Positions 23,855 through 34,265 of a DNA stretch of 64,000 bases are shown one piece after another. Made by a program: the position numbers and the translations under genes. The notes below the pieces were generated by a model. That model was not told the origin of the DNA and made no database searches. It worked only from the letters and a program-made list of their open reading frames with translations. Source of the stretch: a bacterium (lineage in GTDB: Bacteria > UBA8248 > JACPRG01 > G963555815); the NCBI GenBank assembly GCA_965218795.1, contig OZ244653.1:2400001-2464000 (forward strand), in the 5' to 3' direction. The first letter of the stretch is position 1. Each line of letters opens with the position of its first letter.

Positions 23855-24652
23855 TTAGCGTGAAAATGCGATTTTCGAAGCAAAGGAAACGACGAACAGA
23901 ACGGTTGCCGTCACGACGATGGAGGGACCGGAAGGCGTGTCCCACCGCAGAGAGCCGAAGAGGCCGCCGATCACCGCGAGCGCCCCGATCCCAGCGGCCA
24001 CCACGGCCATCTGTTCCGGCGTCTTCGAGAACCGACGCGCCGAGGCCGCCGGGATGATCAGGAGGGACGTCACGAGAAGGATGCCGATAATCTTCATCGA
24101 GATCGCAATGACCATGGCGATCAAGAGCATGTAACCCAGACGCACCGCCGCGGTAGGAACCCCTTCCGCCCGAGCCAGATCCTCCTGGACGGTGCTCGCG
24201 ATGAGCGGCCGCCAGAGGAATGCCAGCGCCGCGATGGCGATGATTCCTCCGCCCAGCACCCAATAGAGGTCCGCCCGCGTCACCGCGAGGATGTCCCCGA
24301 AGAGATAGCCGATCAGATCCACGCGAAGCCCTTCCATCAGGCTGAGAACGACGAGACTGACGGAGAGTGCGGTGTGCGTCAGGATACCGAGCAGGGTGTC
24401 CGTCGCGAGCTGCTTCTGCGCCTGAAGACCGGCCAGCACGACGGCGAGGATCAGGCAGGTGGCGACGATCCCGAAGGTCAGGTTGATCCCCAGCAGAAAA
24501 CCCAAGGCGATGCCCAGCAGCGAGCTGTGGGCGAGAGAATCACTGAAGTAGGCCATCCGGCGCCAGATGACGAAACACCCGAGCGGGCCGGCCGTCACGG
24601 CCACCCCCAGGCCGGCGATCATGGCGCGAAGAAAGAAATCCTCGAGCATCAA
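23855..24652 (-). CDS. znuB: Zinc ABC transporter permease
   Basis: GPLGCFVIWRRMAYFSDSLAH, YLFGDIL, GILLVTSLLIIPAA. Confidence 0.95.
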   Translation of the reverse strand: MMLEDFFLRAMIAGLGVAVTAGPLGCFVIWRRMAYFSDSLAHSSLLGIALGFLLGINLTFGIVATCLILAVVLAGLQAQKQLATDTLLGILTHTALSVSLVVLSLMEGLRVDLIGYLFGDILAVTRADLYWVLGGGIIAIAALAFLWRPLIASTVQEDLARAEGVPTAAVRLGYMLLIAMVIAISMKIIGILLVTSLLIIPAASARRFSKTPEQMAVVAAGIGALAVIGGLFGSLRWDTPSGPSIVVTATVLFVVSFASKIAFSR

Positions 24653-25476
24653 GGACCCCCGGCAGAGGAGGACTCTTCGAAGACCGGACGGTCCCGGTCC
24701 TCCTCCGGCGCGACGGGAACGACCCGTCCGTGCAAATCGTGGTGATGGTCATGGGTGTGCGCATACACCGCGATATTTTTCGCGGCCGCCGGACCGAACA
24801 GCGCTACGTATTCAGGGTGCCGGTTGACCGTCTCGGGATGCCCGGAGCAGCAAACGTGCTGATTCAGGCAGATCACCCGATCCGTAGCGCTCATCACCAA
24901 GTGGAGGTCGTGCGAGATCATCAAGACGCCGTAGCCCCGGATGGTACGGAGGCGGACGATCAGATCGTAAAGCTCGAATTGGCCGGTCATGTCAATGCCC
25001 TGTGCCGGCTCGTCCAGGACCAACAGATCCGGATCGCGTAAGAGCGTTCTCGCCAGCAGGACCCGCTGCTGTTCGCCGCCCGAGAGCCCGTGGATGGATT
25101 GGTCGATGAGGTGGAGCACGCCGACCGCATCGAGCGCGCGGTCGATCTCGGCGCGGCCGGCGGGGCGTGTCAAGGTTATCAGGCGCCGGACGGTCAGGGG
25201 GATGGCCTCGTCGACCTTGAAATGCTGAGGGAGATAGCCCATCCGCAGATTCGCGCGGCGGCGCAAGCTTCCCTCCGTCGGCCGGAGCAACCCCATCAGG
25301 ATGCGGACCAATGTGGTCTTCCCGGCGCCGTTCGGCCCGATCAGGCTAACGATTTCACCGGCTTGAACGGACAGGTCGACGCCGTGCAGAACCGTCCGCG
25401 GCCCGTAGCGGTGGGTGATGCCCGCCGCTTCGAGCAGGGGGGAGGGATCGACCGGGTTTCCAGACTCAACCATCAT
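24649..25476 (-). CDS. znuC: Zinc ABC transporter ATPase
   Basis: GPNGAGKT, LSGGE, CLNQHVCCSGHP, His-rich tail. Confidence 0.95.
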   Translation of the reverse strand: MMVESGNPVDPSPLLEAAGITHRYGPRTVLHGVDLSVQAGEIVSLIGPNGAGKTTLVRILMGLLRPTEGSLRRRANLRMGYLPQHFKVDEAIPLTVRRLITLTRPAGRAEIDRALDAVGVLHLIDQSIHGLSGGEQQRVLLARTLLRDPDLLVLDEPAQGIDMTGQFELYDLIVRLRTIRGYGVLMISHDLHLVMSATDRVICLNQHVCCSGHPETVNRHPEYVALFGPAAAKNIAVYAHTHDHHHDLHGRVVPVAPEEDRDRPVFEESSSAGGP

Positions 25477-25960
25477 GGCAATCCGGACAAAGGCCGCGCA
25501 CCTCGACGACCGATGCGTTCACGGTAAAGCCCACGCGGGAGGCGCCCTGGCTGATGGCCCGGCCGATGGGCCGTTCGTTCAGCTCGGCCATGACGCCGCA
25601 GCCGTCGCAAATCAGGAATTGGGCGTCGTGGGGGGTGCCCGTGGCGCCGCATCCGACATAGGCGTTCAGACTGGCCAATCGGTGGACCAGCCCCTGTTTC
25701 ATGAGGAAGTCCAGAGCGCGGTACACGGTGATCGGAGCCGGCGCCCTCCCTTTCCTTTCCATCCGATCAAGGATGTCGTAAGCCCCAATCGGGGCGTGGC
25801 TGTCCCAGACCCGCTCCAGTACCTTCTTTCTCAGCGCGGTCAATCGCGCCCCTCGGCGCGCGCAGACTTCCTCCGCCTTCAGGAGCGCGTCCGCAACGCA
25901 TGAGCCGTGGTCGTGACCCGGTTGTGGAAAGGCCTTGGCGAAATGTTGAGCATTCTTCAC
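25466..25960 (-). CDS. zur: Zinc uptake regulator (Fur family)
   Basis: GAYDIL, PITVYRALDFL, FLICDGC, GLCPDC; next to znu genes. Confidence 0.92.
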   Translation of the reverse strand: MKNAQHFAKAFPQPGHDHGSCVADALLKAEEVCARRGARLTALRKKVLERVWDSHAPIGAYDILDRMERKGRAPAPITVYRALDFLMKQGLVHRLASLNAYVGCGATGTPHDAQFLICDGCGVMAELNERPIGRAISQGASRVGFTVNASVVEVRGLCPDCHDG

Positions 25961-25996
25961 GAGCCTTCCCTATTCCAGATGATTCATTGACTCAAC

Positions 25997-26009
25997 GTTA
26001 TAATATAAC
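25997..26009. promoter_or_regulatory. Zur box
   Basis: Palindrome GTTATAATATAAC between divergent zur and znuA, matching the core of the proteobacterial Zur consensus. Confidence 0.8.
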
Positions 26010-26070
26010 TATTTGATCGAAAGATCGATCTGTTTTGGTCGTGTGAAATGAAACCAGGGGGAAACACCGA

Positions 26071-27009
26071 ATGAAGCGTGTCGTTCAAATCATCTCCATC
26101 TCCGTCATGGCCTTCGGGTGGGCTGTCATAGGGATTGATGCCGGAGAGAAACGGCTCCGTGTGGTCGCGAGCATCAAGCCCGTTCATTCTCTTGCCGCGG
26201 TCGTCATGGAAGGCGCCGGAAGCCCGCGGCTTCTGGTTCGAGGGGCCGCCTCTCCCCATACCTATACCCTTCGGCCTTCGGACGCGGCGGCCCTCCAGCG
26301 GGCCGACCTCGTCTTCTGGGTGGCGGAGGCGATGGAAATGTTCCTGACGAAGCCTCTGGCCGCGCTCCCCTCGAAGGCGAGGGTGGTTCAATTGTCGGCC
26401 GTTCCCGGAATCACTCTTTTGCCTGTGCGCGATGGTGGCTTGTGGCCGGAGGAGGAGGAGGGTGACCACCACGAGGAGGAGGGTTCCATGGACATGCACA
26501 TCTGGCTTGACTCCGAAAACGCGGAGGCGATGGTTCAGGCCGTGGCCGCGGCCTTGGGTGCGGCCGACCCGGACCGGGCCTCGCTCTACCAGTCCAACGC
26601 GCGGCGGGTACGGCGGCGGATCCAGGCCATGGATGCCGAGCTCCGCTCACGGCTTCGACCGGTCGGAGACGTGCCGTACGTCGTCTTCCACGACGCCTAT
26701 CAGTATTTCGAGCGCCGGTACGGACTCAATCCCGTTACTTCCATTTCGATGGGGTCCGGAAAAAGCCAGGGAGCCAGGCGCATCCTGGAAATCCAAAAGT
26801 GGATCCGGAGGGCCCGGGTGGTCTGTGTATTTGCCGAGCCCCAGTTCAAGCCCGCGTTGATCGAGACCGTGATCGAGGGGACGGGGATCCGAACGGCGAC
26901 TCTCGACCCCCTGGGGGCCGACCTCGATCCGGGTCCGGAGCAGTATTTTCAGATGATGAGGAACATGGGTGAATCCCTGCTGCAAGGTCTTTCGGGGAAG
27001 GCCCGATGA
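26071..27009 (+). CDS. znuA: Zinc ABC transporter substrate-binding protein
   Basis: VVASIKPVHSL, ASPHTY, acidic/His loop, DMHIWLD, FHDAYQYFE. Confidence 0.95.
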   Translation: MKRVVQIISISVMAFGWAVIGIDAGEKRLRVVASIKPVHSLAAVVMEGAGSPRLLVRGAASPHTYTLRPSDAAALQRADLVFWVAEAMEMFLTKPLAALPSKARVVQLSAVPGITLLPVRDGGLWPEEEEGDHHEEEGSMDMHIWLDSENAEAMVQAVAAALGAADPDRASLYQSNARRVRRRIQAMDAELRSRLRPVGDVPYVVFHDAYQYFERRYGLNPVTSISMGSGKSQGARRILEIQKWIRRARVVCVFAEPQFKPALIETVIEGTGIRTATLDPLGADLDPGPEQYFQMMRNMGESLLQGLSGKAR

Positions 27010-27240
27010 GGCAATTTCTTTACAGGCCGATGGAGGTCGATTAGAATCTCCGCCCGATCTCGAGCGCCCGAAGCGGGAGTCCCCGGGCAGCGATATTTTC
27101 CGGAAGTGCTTCGGCGGAATGGCTCCGGTCATGACCTTACCGGGAGAATCCGCCTTTTCAAGGCAGCACGATGATTGAGATCGACGGTTGAGCCGTGACA
27201 GATGGGTATGCCGGCTGAATGGCCCTGAAAGGGATAAGGG

Positions 27241-27699
27241 ATGGGTGCAAGAGAATCCTTCGTGGGCGTGTGGGACGTCGTTTCATTCGAGATGCATCTG
27301 CCGGACGGCAAGGTGATCCACCCGTTCGGAAAGCACCCCGTCGGGAGGGTAATCTATAGCGCGGCCGGCCACATGGCTGTGCAGCTCATGCGGGGCGATC
27401 GCCCGCTCTTTGCATCCAACGATCTTCGCGATGGCGCCCCCGATGAAATCCAGGCTGCGTTCAAAGGATATGTGGCCTATTACGGACCGTACGAGATTCA
27501 AGAGAGCGAGCGCAAAGTGATCCATCATGTCGAGGGCAGCCTGTTCCCCAACTGGATCGGCGGCGATCAGGTTCGATTCTATGAATTTTCCGACGATCTC
27601 CTGACGCTGACTACCCCGCCTATCCAATATGGCGGCGGGAATACCATCAGCATTCTTGTGTGGAAACGCCGGAGAGATCCGGCTTCGGACTCTTCGTGA
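27241..27699 (+). CDS. Lipocalin-like domain protein
   Basis: VGVW, GHMAVQ, YVAYYGPY, SLFPNWIG. Confidence 0.82.
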   Translation: MGARESFVGVWDVVSFEMHLPDGKVIHPFGKHPVGRVIYSAAGHMAVQLMRGDRPLFASNDLRDGAPDEIQAAFKGYVAYYGPYEIQESERKVIHHVEGSLFPNWIGGDQVRFYEFSDDLLTLTTPPIQYGGGNTISILVWKRRRDPASDSS

Positions 27700-27750
27700 T
27701 CGGAGCCGGATCGGACGATGTCTGCACATCTATCGACCCAGAGATGAACG

Positions 27751-29373
27751 ATGGGCAATTGGGAAGTCTCTGTACCTTCTGATTATTTGAAGATCCCCGA
27801 GTCCTTCAACATGACGCACGCGGTTTGCGGCCGGTGGGTCGAAGAAGGACGGGGGGATGACGAGGCGCTTGTCTACGGAGAGGAGCGGATCACCTTCGGG
27901 CGGCTCGACGACCGGTTCCGCCGATTCGCCCGTTCCCTTCAGGATATGGGCGTCGGGCGCGGGGATACCCTCGTTTTCCGCTCGCACAACCATCCGGAAT
28001 ACGTCGTGGCGGCGCTTGCGGCCCTCCGAATCGGGGCCGTGCCCGTTCTGAGCAGCTCCCTTCTCGGCCCCCGGGAGCTCGAGCACGTTGTCGGCAACTC
28101 TGACGCCAAGATGGTGTTGACCACACAGGATCGGCTGGAAGCCGTGGAAGAGATTCGGGGCCAATGCCCCACACTGGAGAATGTCGTTCTCTTCGACGGA
28201 GACCGGGCCGGAACCATTCCGTTTTCCCTGTTGGCCTCGGCGGAGCCGCTGGACGTGACCGGCATCGAGACCTCTCCCCGGGACTTGGGGTTCATGCTGT
28301 ACACTTCGGGGACGACCGGCCTGCCCAAGGGGATTGTTCACACCCAACAGTGGCTGATCGGAACCGGCGACCCCATCGGCAAACTGGTCCTCAAGCTCCG
28401 ACCGGATGACCTCTGCTGGCACCTGGCCGAGTTCAGTTTCATGTATTCCTGGGGCCACGGGTTGATGTACCCCCTCTATTGCGGGACACCGGTCTTCATC
28501 AATCCTGAGCGTTCCAGGCCCGAAGACGCCTTCGGGGTGATCGCCGAAAACGGGATCACCGTGCTTTCCACCGTCCCTACTGCGTATCGGATGATGCTGG
28601 CCGTCGAGGGGGCGGAGGACCGCCACGACCTGAGCCGCCTGCGGGTTTGCGACAGTTCCGGCGAGACCTTGCCGCCGGAGACCCACCGGGAGTGGAAGAA
28701 GCGGTTCGGGAGCGACATCCTGGACGGGATCGGAGTGTCCGAGGCGCAGAAGTTTTGCAGCAACCTGGCGGGGGAGCCGATCAAGCCGGGGTCGGCGGGA
28801 AAGGTGTTTCCCGGCTGGGTGGTGGAGATTCACGACGACGAGGGACGCCCGCTGCCGTCCGGCGAAATCGGACGCGTGGCCGTGCGGGATGACGGGCCGG
28901 GTCTCTTCATCGCATACCGCAAGATGCCCGAGAAGTGGGCGGAGAACCATATCGGCTCTTGGTACTACACGGGGGATCTGGCCTCGTTCGACGAGGACGG
29001 CTACTTCTGGTACGTGAGCCGCGGGGACGATCTGATCAAGAGTCGGGGCTACCTCATCTCACCGAAGGAGGTCGAGGAAACCTGCATGGAGCATCCCGGG
29101 GTGCTGGAGGCGGGCGTCATCGGCGTCCCCGACACGGACATGGGCCAGCGTATCAAGGCCTGCGTTGTCCTCAAGTCGGGAAGGACTCCGGATCAATCCA
29201 TGGCGGAGGAGATCCGCGAGACCCTCGGCCAGCGGATCGCTCCCTACAAAGTCCCCAAGGTCATCGCGTTTCTGGAGGTGCTCCCCAAGACGCAAACTGG
29301 TAAGATTAAACGCAAGGAGCTCAGACATCGGTCGGAAGCGGAAGAGAAGGGGACGCACGTCTACTCTTTCTGA
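27751..29373 (+). CDS. Acyl/aryl-CoA ligase (benzoate-CoA ligase-like)
   Basis: YTSGTTGLPKG, DGIGVSE, YTGD, LPKTQTGKI. Confidence 0.9.
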   Translation: MGNWEVSVPSDYLKIPESFNMTHAVCGRWVEEGRGDDEALVYGEERITFGRLDDRFRRFARSLQDMGVGRGDTLVFRSHNHPEYVVAALAALRIGAVPVLSSSLLGPRELEHVVGNSDAKMVLTTQDRLEAVEEIRGQCPTLENVVLFDGDRAGTIPFSLLASAEPLDVTGIETSPRDLGFMLYTSGTTGLPKGIVHTQQWLIGTGDPIGKLVLKLRPDDLCWHLAEFSFMYSWGHGLMYPLYCGTPVFINPERSRPEDAFGVIAENGITVLSTVPTAYRMMLAVEGAEDRHDLSRLRVCDSSGETLPPETHREWKKRFGSDILDGIGVSEAQKFCSNLAGEPIKPGSAGKVFPGWVVEIHDDEGRPLPSGEIGRVAVRDDGPGLFIAYRKMPEKWAENHIGSWYYTGDLASFDEDGYFWYVSRGDDLIKSRGYLISPKEVEETCMEHPGVLEAGVIGVPDTDMGQRIKACVVLKSGRTPDQSMAEEIRETLGQRIAPYKVPKVIAFLEVLPKTQTGKIKRKELRHRSEAEEKGTHVYSF

Positions 29374-29645
29374 CCGAGGTGGCTTCCTTTTTCGGACGAG
29401 ACCACTGAATGGATAACATCGATTGCCGGGGGGATATTGTAAAAATAGTCCCCTCCGAGACCCCCCTCGGAAAACTTTGACGGCCAAGCCGTTAGGGTTT
29501 GCCTGCTCGCGGCGGATTTCAGGTGGACGGACGTTGCCTCATTCGGCGCGGAACGAAGAGAAGGGCCTGTTGCCATGGAGCGCAGGCCCTGGGAATTTGA
29601 GGACAGGTCCGGCCTGAACCTCAGCCGAGCCAGGGAGCATCGCGG

Positions 29646-29951
29646 ATGAACAAATTTCTTGTCCTCGCTCGTCCTGCGAAACCGTTGCCCGAGGGCGCGA
29701 ACATCCAGAAGGCCATCGACCATCTGGATTCCTTGCGCGAGAAGATGAACGCCGAAGTGTACACCCTCGTCGAGGACGACGGTTGCGGCTTCGCAATTCT
29801 CATTGACGTCAAGACGCACGATGAGCTGATGGCCGAACTCTTCAAGAACCCGCTGGGCCGCTGGGGAACCTATCAGGTCTATCCCCTGGGGACGCTGGAA
29901 GGGGAGCGGGAGGCCATGGAGGCCATCGGGTTCGAATTCAATCTATCTTGA
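29646..29951 (+). CDS. Small protein, probably dimeric alpha/beta barrel (DUF3303/muconolactone isomerase-like)
   Basis: GFAILIDVKTHDEL..NP..YQVYPL pattern; GGGAG RBS. Confidence 0.6.
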   Translation: MNKFLVLARPAKPLPEGANIQKAIDHLDSLREKMNAEVYTLVEDDGCGFAILIDVKTHDELMAELFKNPLGRWGTYQVYPLGTLEGEREAMEAIGFEFNLS

Positions 29952-29982
29952 GCCGGCCGAGAGAGCCGGAGGAGGACGTGAC

Positions 29983-30258
29983 ATGCCGCAATACCTGGTC
30001 ATCAACCAGCCGCCCGCCCCGATTCCCAGGAACGCCGACATCCAGGGGTGAGTGGAGTACTTTTCCTTGCTGGAAGCAAGGGGAAAGGCGAAAATTTTTC
30101 CTATCGTCGGCATGAAGGGATACGCCTCCATCTTCGAGGTGTCCTCCCATGAGGAACTACTCAAGCTGTTGAACGGCAATCCCATGGCGCCGATTGAAAC
30201 GTACACCATTCACCCGTTGAGCGAATTTCCGCCCACATCCATTGCCAAGGTGGCCTGA
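29983..30258 (+). CDS. Paralog of the preceding protein with in-frame TGA (nonsense or Sec)
   Basis: GGAGG RBS, MPQYLVINQPPAPIPRNADIQG-TGA(30049)-VEYFSLL..; aligns without gaps to the paralog across the TGA. Confidence 0.6.
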
Positions 30259-30291
30259 AGACGCGCCGGTTGACGAGAACGTTCGAGCAGG

Positions 30292-30325
30292 GAGGGCCGA
30301 CCGGGCTTCCGGCGGCCCTCTTTTT
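30292..30325 (+). terminator. Rho-independent terminator
   Basis: GAGGGCCG...CGGCCCTC followed by TTTTT. Confidence 0.75.
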
Positions 30326-30352
30326 GTATGTTGGCGGGGAAAGGATGACGTG

Positions 30353-30991
30353 ATGGCGGCGGGGCTGAAAACGATGGGGCCGGACGAGGTCGAACGGGCA
30401 TCCGCCGAGGGGGCCGTTGTGCTCGATTTCCGCGACCTGGAGGACTTTGCGGCCTCGAGGATCCCCGGGGCAATCTTCATCGCTTTCAACGCGCGGAGCG
30501 TCCCCAGGCACGTGCCGGCCGTCGCGCCGCCGGGCTCCCGCGTGGTCTTGATTGGAGATGAGGACCGTGTCGGGCAAATCCATGCCTGGTTTGAATCGGC
30601 CGGCGGATATGAGGTGCTCGGCTGGATGGAAGGGGGTATGGAGTCCTGGACCGCGGCCGGAAAACCCGTGGAACCGCTTCGAAGTCTCTCCGTCGAAGAG
30701 TTGCACCGTCGCTGGAGCGGGGACCGGGAATCGTTCGAGCTGATCGACGTGCGCGAGCCCTTTGAATGGAACCTGGGGACCATCGAGGGATCGCGGCTTG
30801 TATCCCTGGGCGGGCTTCTCGAAAAAATGGGAGAGCTTGCGACCGACCGGGAACTGGTCTTCATTTGCGAGCAGGGGATGCGGAGCGCCACGGCCGCCGC
30901 CCTGTTCTCCGGCCGGGGATTTCAGAAAACGGCCAACGTGGCGGAGGGATTCGGGGCTTGGTTCGATGCGGGGTTCCCGGTCGTCGAGTGA
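30353..30991 (+). CDS. Tandem rhodanese-domain protein
   Basis: VLDFR..RIPGA; IDVREPFEW..CEQGMRS..GFGAW. Confidence 0.85.
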   Translation: MAAGLKTMGPDEVERASAEGAVVLDFRDLEDFAASRIPGAIFIAFNARSVPRHVPAVAPPGSRVVLIGDEDRVGQIHAWFESAGGYEVLGWMEGGMESWTAAGKPVEPLRSLSVEELHRRWSGDRESFELIDVREPFEWNLGTIEGSRLVSLGGLLEKMGELATDRELVFICEQGMRSATAAALFSGRGFQKTANVAEGFGAWFDAGFPVVE

Positions 30992-31222
30992 TCCGTCGGG
31001 GGGATCGTTGCCCGTGAGGGCTTGAAGAATTTGCCCCCGATCATGGGTGGGCGACGAGCCTGCTCACAAACCCTGGGGTAGGTCAACCTTGGCGGGCATC
31101 GGAAATCGTCCCTCCTGCGCCGGGTTTTGACAGCCTGCACGGCGCTCCCGTCAAAGGGGGAAGCCTCCGGACAGGCTCTCGGAAACCCATATCGTATGCG
31201 AATTTCACCCTGAACGTCCGGG

Positions 31223-33715
31223 TTAGAATGCATACGAGATGCCCAGATAATAGAATCCGCCGTTGAATCCAAAGGGAGAAGACGAGGGGTATTTGTTGCC
31301 AAGAATCGTGGCATTCGGATTTTCGGTCGGATACGTGTTGAACAGGTTTTCCGCCCCCGCCGCGAGTGTCAACCCGCTTTTGAAGGTGTATGAGGCTTCC
31401 GCGTCCACGAGCCACCGTTCCGAGGCGTTGATGGGGGGGAGTCCGCTTCCGGCAAAGAAAAACTCGACGAACGCGTCGTAGTAGTGAAGCCGGGACAGGA
31501 ACCGCCAGGGACCCCGCCGGTGGTCGGCCGTCAGCGAGAACCGGAACTCCGGCAGGCCCTCTTCGAGCTGGCGCACCTTTTCACGGTGGATGATGTCCGG
31601 ATTGAAAGCGTCCACCTTGGTTTGATTCCAGTTGCCCGCGAAAGTGAAGGTGGTGTCACCGCCAAGCATCTTCGCCGGGTAAGTCGCCACCACGTCGATC
31701 CCCTGCGTGGTGGTGTCGAAATCGTTGGTGAAGAACCGCACCTGGGAGAAACTGCTCGCATCCGCGACACCCTGGGCCAGCAGTGCGTCGATATCGTCCT
31801 TGGTTAAATTCAGGCCGCTGGTCTGCGCAATCCGGTCTTTCACCTTGATGTTGTAGTAGTCGATGGTGACGGCAAGGCCGCCGATTTCGAACACCATGCC
31901 GGTGGAAATGTTGACGGACTTTTCCGGAGCCAGCGGCCGCCCGCCCTTTTGCTTCGCTATCGGGCTGGTCGGCGGCAGCGTGGCTACATCCGCCAGCTCC
32001 CCCTTGTCGTTGAGGTTGGTGCTCACGTTGCGAACGTTCGATTGTCCAACGGTCGGCGCGCGAAAGCCCGTGCTGACCGAACCGCGAAACGCAAAACTGT
32101 CCGTCGCTTGCCAACGGGCGGCCACTTTGCCGTTCAGGGTGTCTCCGAAGACTTCGTAGTCCTCATACCGGCCCGCTACGCCGACTAGAACGTCCTCGAC
32201 CACGTCGGCTTCCAGGTCGATGTACCCGGCGTAGCTGCCGCGGTTGAACGCGCCCGCCGTATCGGGCCGAAAGCCGGGAAACCCATTGGAGCCGATGCCG
32301 AAGCCCTGCCTTGCGAGATCCTCGTCAATCAAGTAGGAGTTGGGTTCTCCGGCTTCGATCTTGAACTCTTCCTCGCGATACTCCAGGCCGAGGGCGAGGT
32401 TCAGGGGAGAGGAAAAAATGTTTGTGTCGAACGGCCTGGACAGATCGACGTTGAGCACGCGATCCGTCTCGGTGTAGGCGCCGGTGTTGTAGTCCGTCGG
32501 AATATCCGAGCCCAGTCTGGCGAGCTGGGGATTGATGGTGTTCGACATGAAAAAGTCCACGCCGTGTTGACCCAGAACGGCGCTCGCATCGTAGCGCCAG
32601 CCGTCGAGCCATACGTTGTCGCTGGACAGTTCCCCCCGCAGACCGAAGGCCATGCTCCAGTCGCGCACGACGCCCCCGAACGTCGGCGTAAACCCGCCGG
32701 GAAAGCGATCCCTGAACGAAAAGATCTCGCCCCCTTCCAAGGGGATCTGCAGAAGATTGCCGTCACCATCGATGAACACGCCTATCCGTTTCTCGGGATG
32801 TCGGAAGAAAAACCCTCCTTCCACCTCGCGTTCCGCATAGTTGCCGAATGCGTAGGCTTCGATGCCGTTGACCAGTTCGAGGCCGAAGTTGGTGAAGAAT
32901 TTATAGTCGTAGTGGAACTCCGGCGCGCCCCAAACCTGCGCCGCGGGTGTGCGCACGTGGGTATTGCCCGCGTCAATCAGATCCTGCGCGTCGCCGCGCT
33001 GGACGCTGCGGCTGGTCGGGTCGGCCTGTTTGTACTCGAAGCTGAAGTTGGCGAAGCCCGATTGGGTCAGGGGCAGGCCGAGGTTGCCCGCAATATGGAA
33101 CGTGTCGCCGTCTCCCTTGTAGTACTGGCCCCAGCGGGTTTCCACCGTGCCGCCGTCGGGAGCGTCTCTCAACACGAAATTCATCACGCCGGCGATGGCG
33201 TCGGAACCGTACTGAGCGGACGCGCCGTCGCGCAGCACTTCCACGCGTTTGATCGCAATGGCTGGTATCACGGCAAGATCAGGGGCATGCGACCCGTCCG
33301 AAACGCCGGTCGCCACGAAGGTGATCACGGACGAACGATGGCGCCGTTTGCCGTTGACCAGAACCAGGGCGGCGTCCGGGGACAGCCCGCGCAGGTTCGC
33401 CGGGCGCACCAGCGTCGCGGCGTCGCTGATGGGCTGCTGGTTGACGTTGTAGGATGGAACGGTGGCGGACAGGAGAGAGTCCATGTCCGTGACGCCGTAA
33501 TGCTTGAACGCGTCACCGACGATCACGTCCACCGGCACCGGAGAATCATGGGCCGAGCGTCCCGGATGACGGGACCCCACCACCACCACCTCTTCGAGCA
33601 CCACCTCTTCGGGTTTCGCGGCCCCCCGGTTTTCCTGTGCGGCGGCCGGTGAAACCAGCAGCATCAGCGGGCTCAGCAACAGGATGCGCTTCCATACCCC
33701 TTCCCATCTACTCAT
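31223..33715 (-). CDS. TonB-dependent receptor
   Basis: EEVVVVGSR, LVLVNGKR, RVEVLRDGASAQYGSDAIAGV, terminal F. Confidence 0.95.
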   Translation of the reverse strand: MSRWEGVWKRILLLSPLMLLVSPAAAQENRGAAKPEEVVLEEVVVVGSRHPGRSAHDSPVPVDVIVGDAFKHYGVTDMDSLLSATVPSYNVNQQPISDAATLVRPANLRGLSPDAALVLVNGKRRHRSSVITFVATGVSDGSHAPDLAVIPAIAIKRVEVLRDGASAQYGSDAIAGVMNFVLRDAPDGGTVETRWGQYYKGDGDTFHIAGNLGLPLTQSGFANFSFEYKQADPTSRSVQRGDAQDLIDAGNTHVRTPAAQVWGAPEFHYDYKFFTNFGLELVNGIEAYAFGNYAEREVEGGFFFRHPEKRIGVFIDGDGNLLQIPLEGGEIFSFRDRFPGGFTPTFGGVVRDWSMAFGLRGELSSDNVWLDGWRYDASAVLGQHGVDFFMSNTINPQLARLGSDIPTDYNTGAYTETDRVLNVDLSRPFDTNIFSSPLNLALGLEYREEEFKIEAGEPNSYLIDEDLARQGFGIGSNGFPGFRPDTAGAFNRGSYAGYIDLEADVVEDVLVGVAGRYEDYEVFGDTLNGKVAARWQATDSFAFRGSVSTGFRAPTVGQSNVRNVSTNLNDKGELADVATLPPTSPIAKQKGGRPLAPEKSVNISTGMVFEIGGLAVTIDYYNIKVKDRIAQTSGLNLTKDDIDALLAQGVADASSFSQVRFFTNDFDTTTQGIDVVATYPAKMLGGDTTFTFAGNWNQTKVDAFNPDIIHREKVRQLEEGLPEFRFSLTADHRRGPWRFLSRLHYYDAFVEFFFAGSGLPPINASERWLVDAEASYTFKSGLTLAAGAENLFNTYPTENPNATILGNKYPSSSPFGFNGGFYYLGISYAF

Positions 33716-33957
33716 GACTTGGCATCTCCTAAATACGTGTCGCGGTTAATTCAAGATTGCAGTCGAATTCTCTATGAAAAACTCCTTTTTATTTTACACG
33801 GAATGAGCGTGCTGGATCATTTTTTCATGGCTGCAACGCAAGAGCCATCCGATTGTCAAAGGGCATAGGTATGTTTGAGGTCGTATCCGGCGGGGGCCTC
33901 ATGCGGTGCGCTTTCTCCCTCCTCACGGATTGGAAGCCCGGAAGGTGAGACCGGACA

Positions 33958-34265
33958 GTGATAAACCTCAAAGATCTGAGTCTGACGTATCCCAATGGTG
34001 TGACCGCCCTTCAACCCATTGACCTCGAATTCAGACGGGGTGAGTTTTGTGTCCTGTTGGGAGCGTCGGGTGCTGGAAAGTCCTCTCTTTTGCGGTGCCT
34101 GAACCACCTGAATACCCCGACAACCGGGACTCTCCGGGTCGATGGGACCGGCGAATTGAGCTCAAAAGCCCGACTGTTGGAACACCGTCGCCGAACCGGA
34201 ATCATTTTTCAGCAACACCAGCTCATCAAGCGCCAGACGGCCCTGCAAAATGTGCTGGTCGGCCA
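33958..34265 (+). pseudogene. 5' fragment of a phosphonate ABC ATPase (PhnC-like)
   Basis: GASGAGKS, IFQQHQLI..ALQNVLVG; no ABC signature or Walker B follows. Confidence 0.75.
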
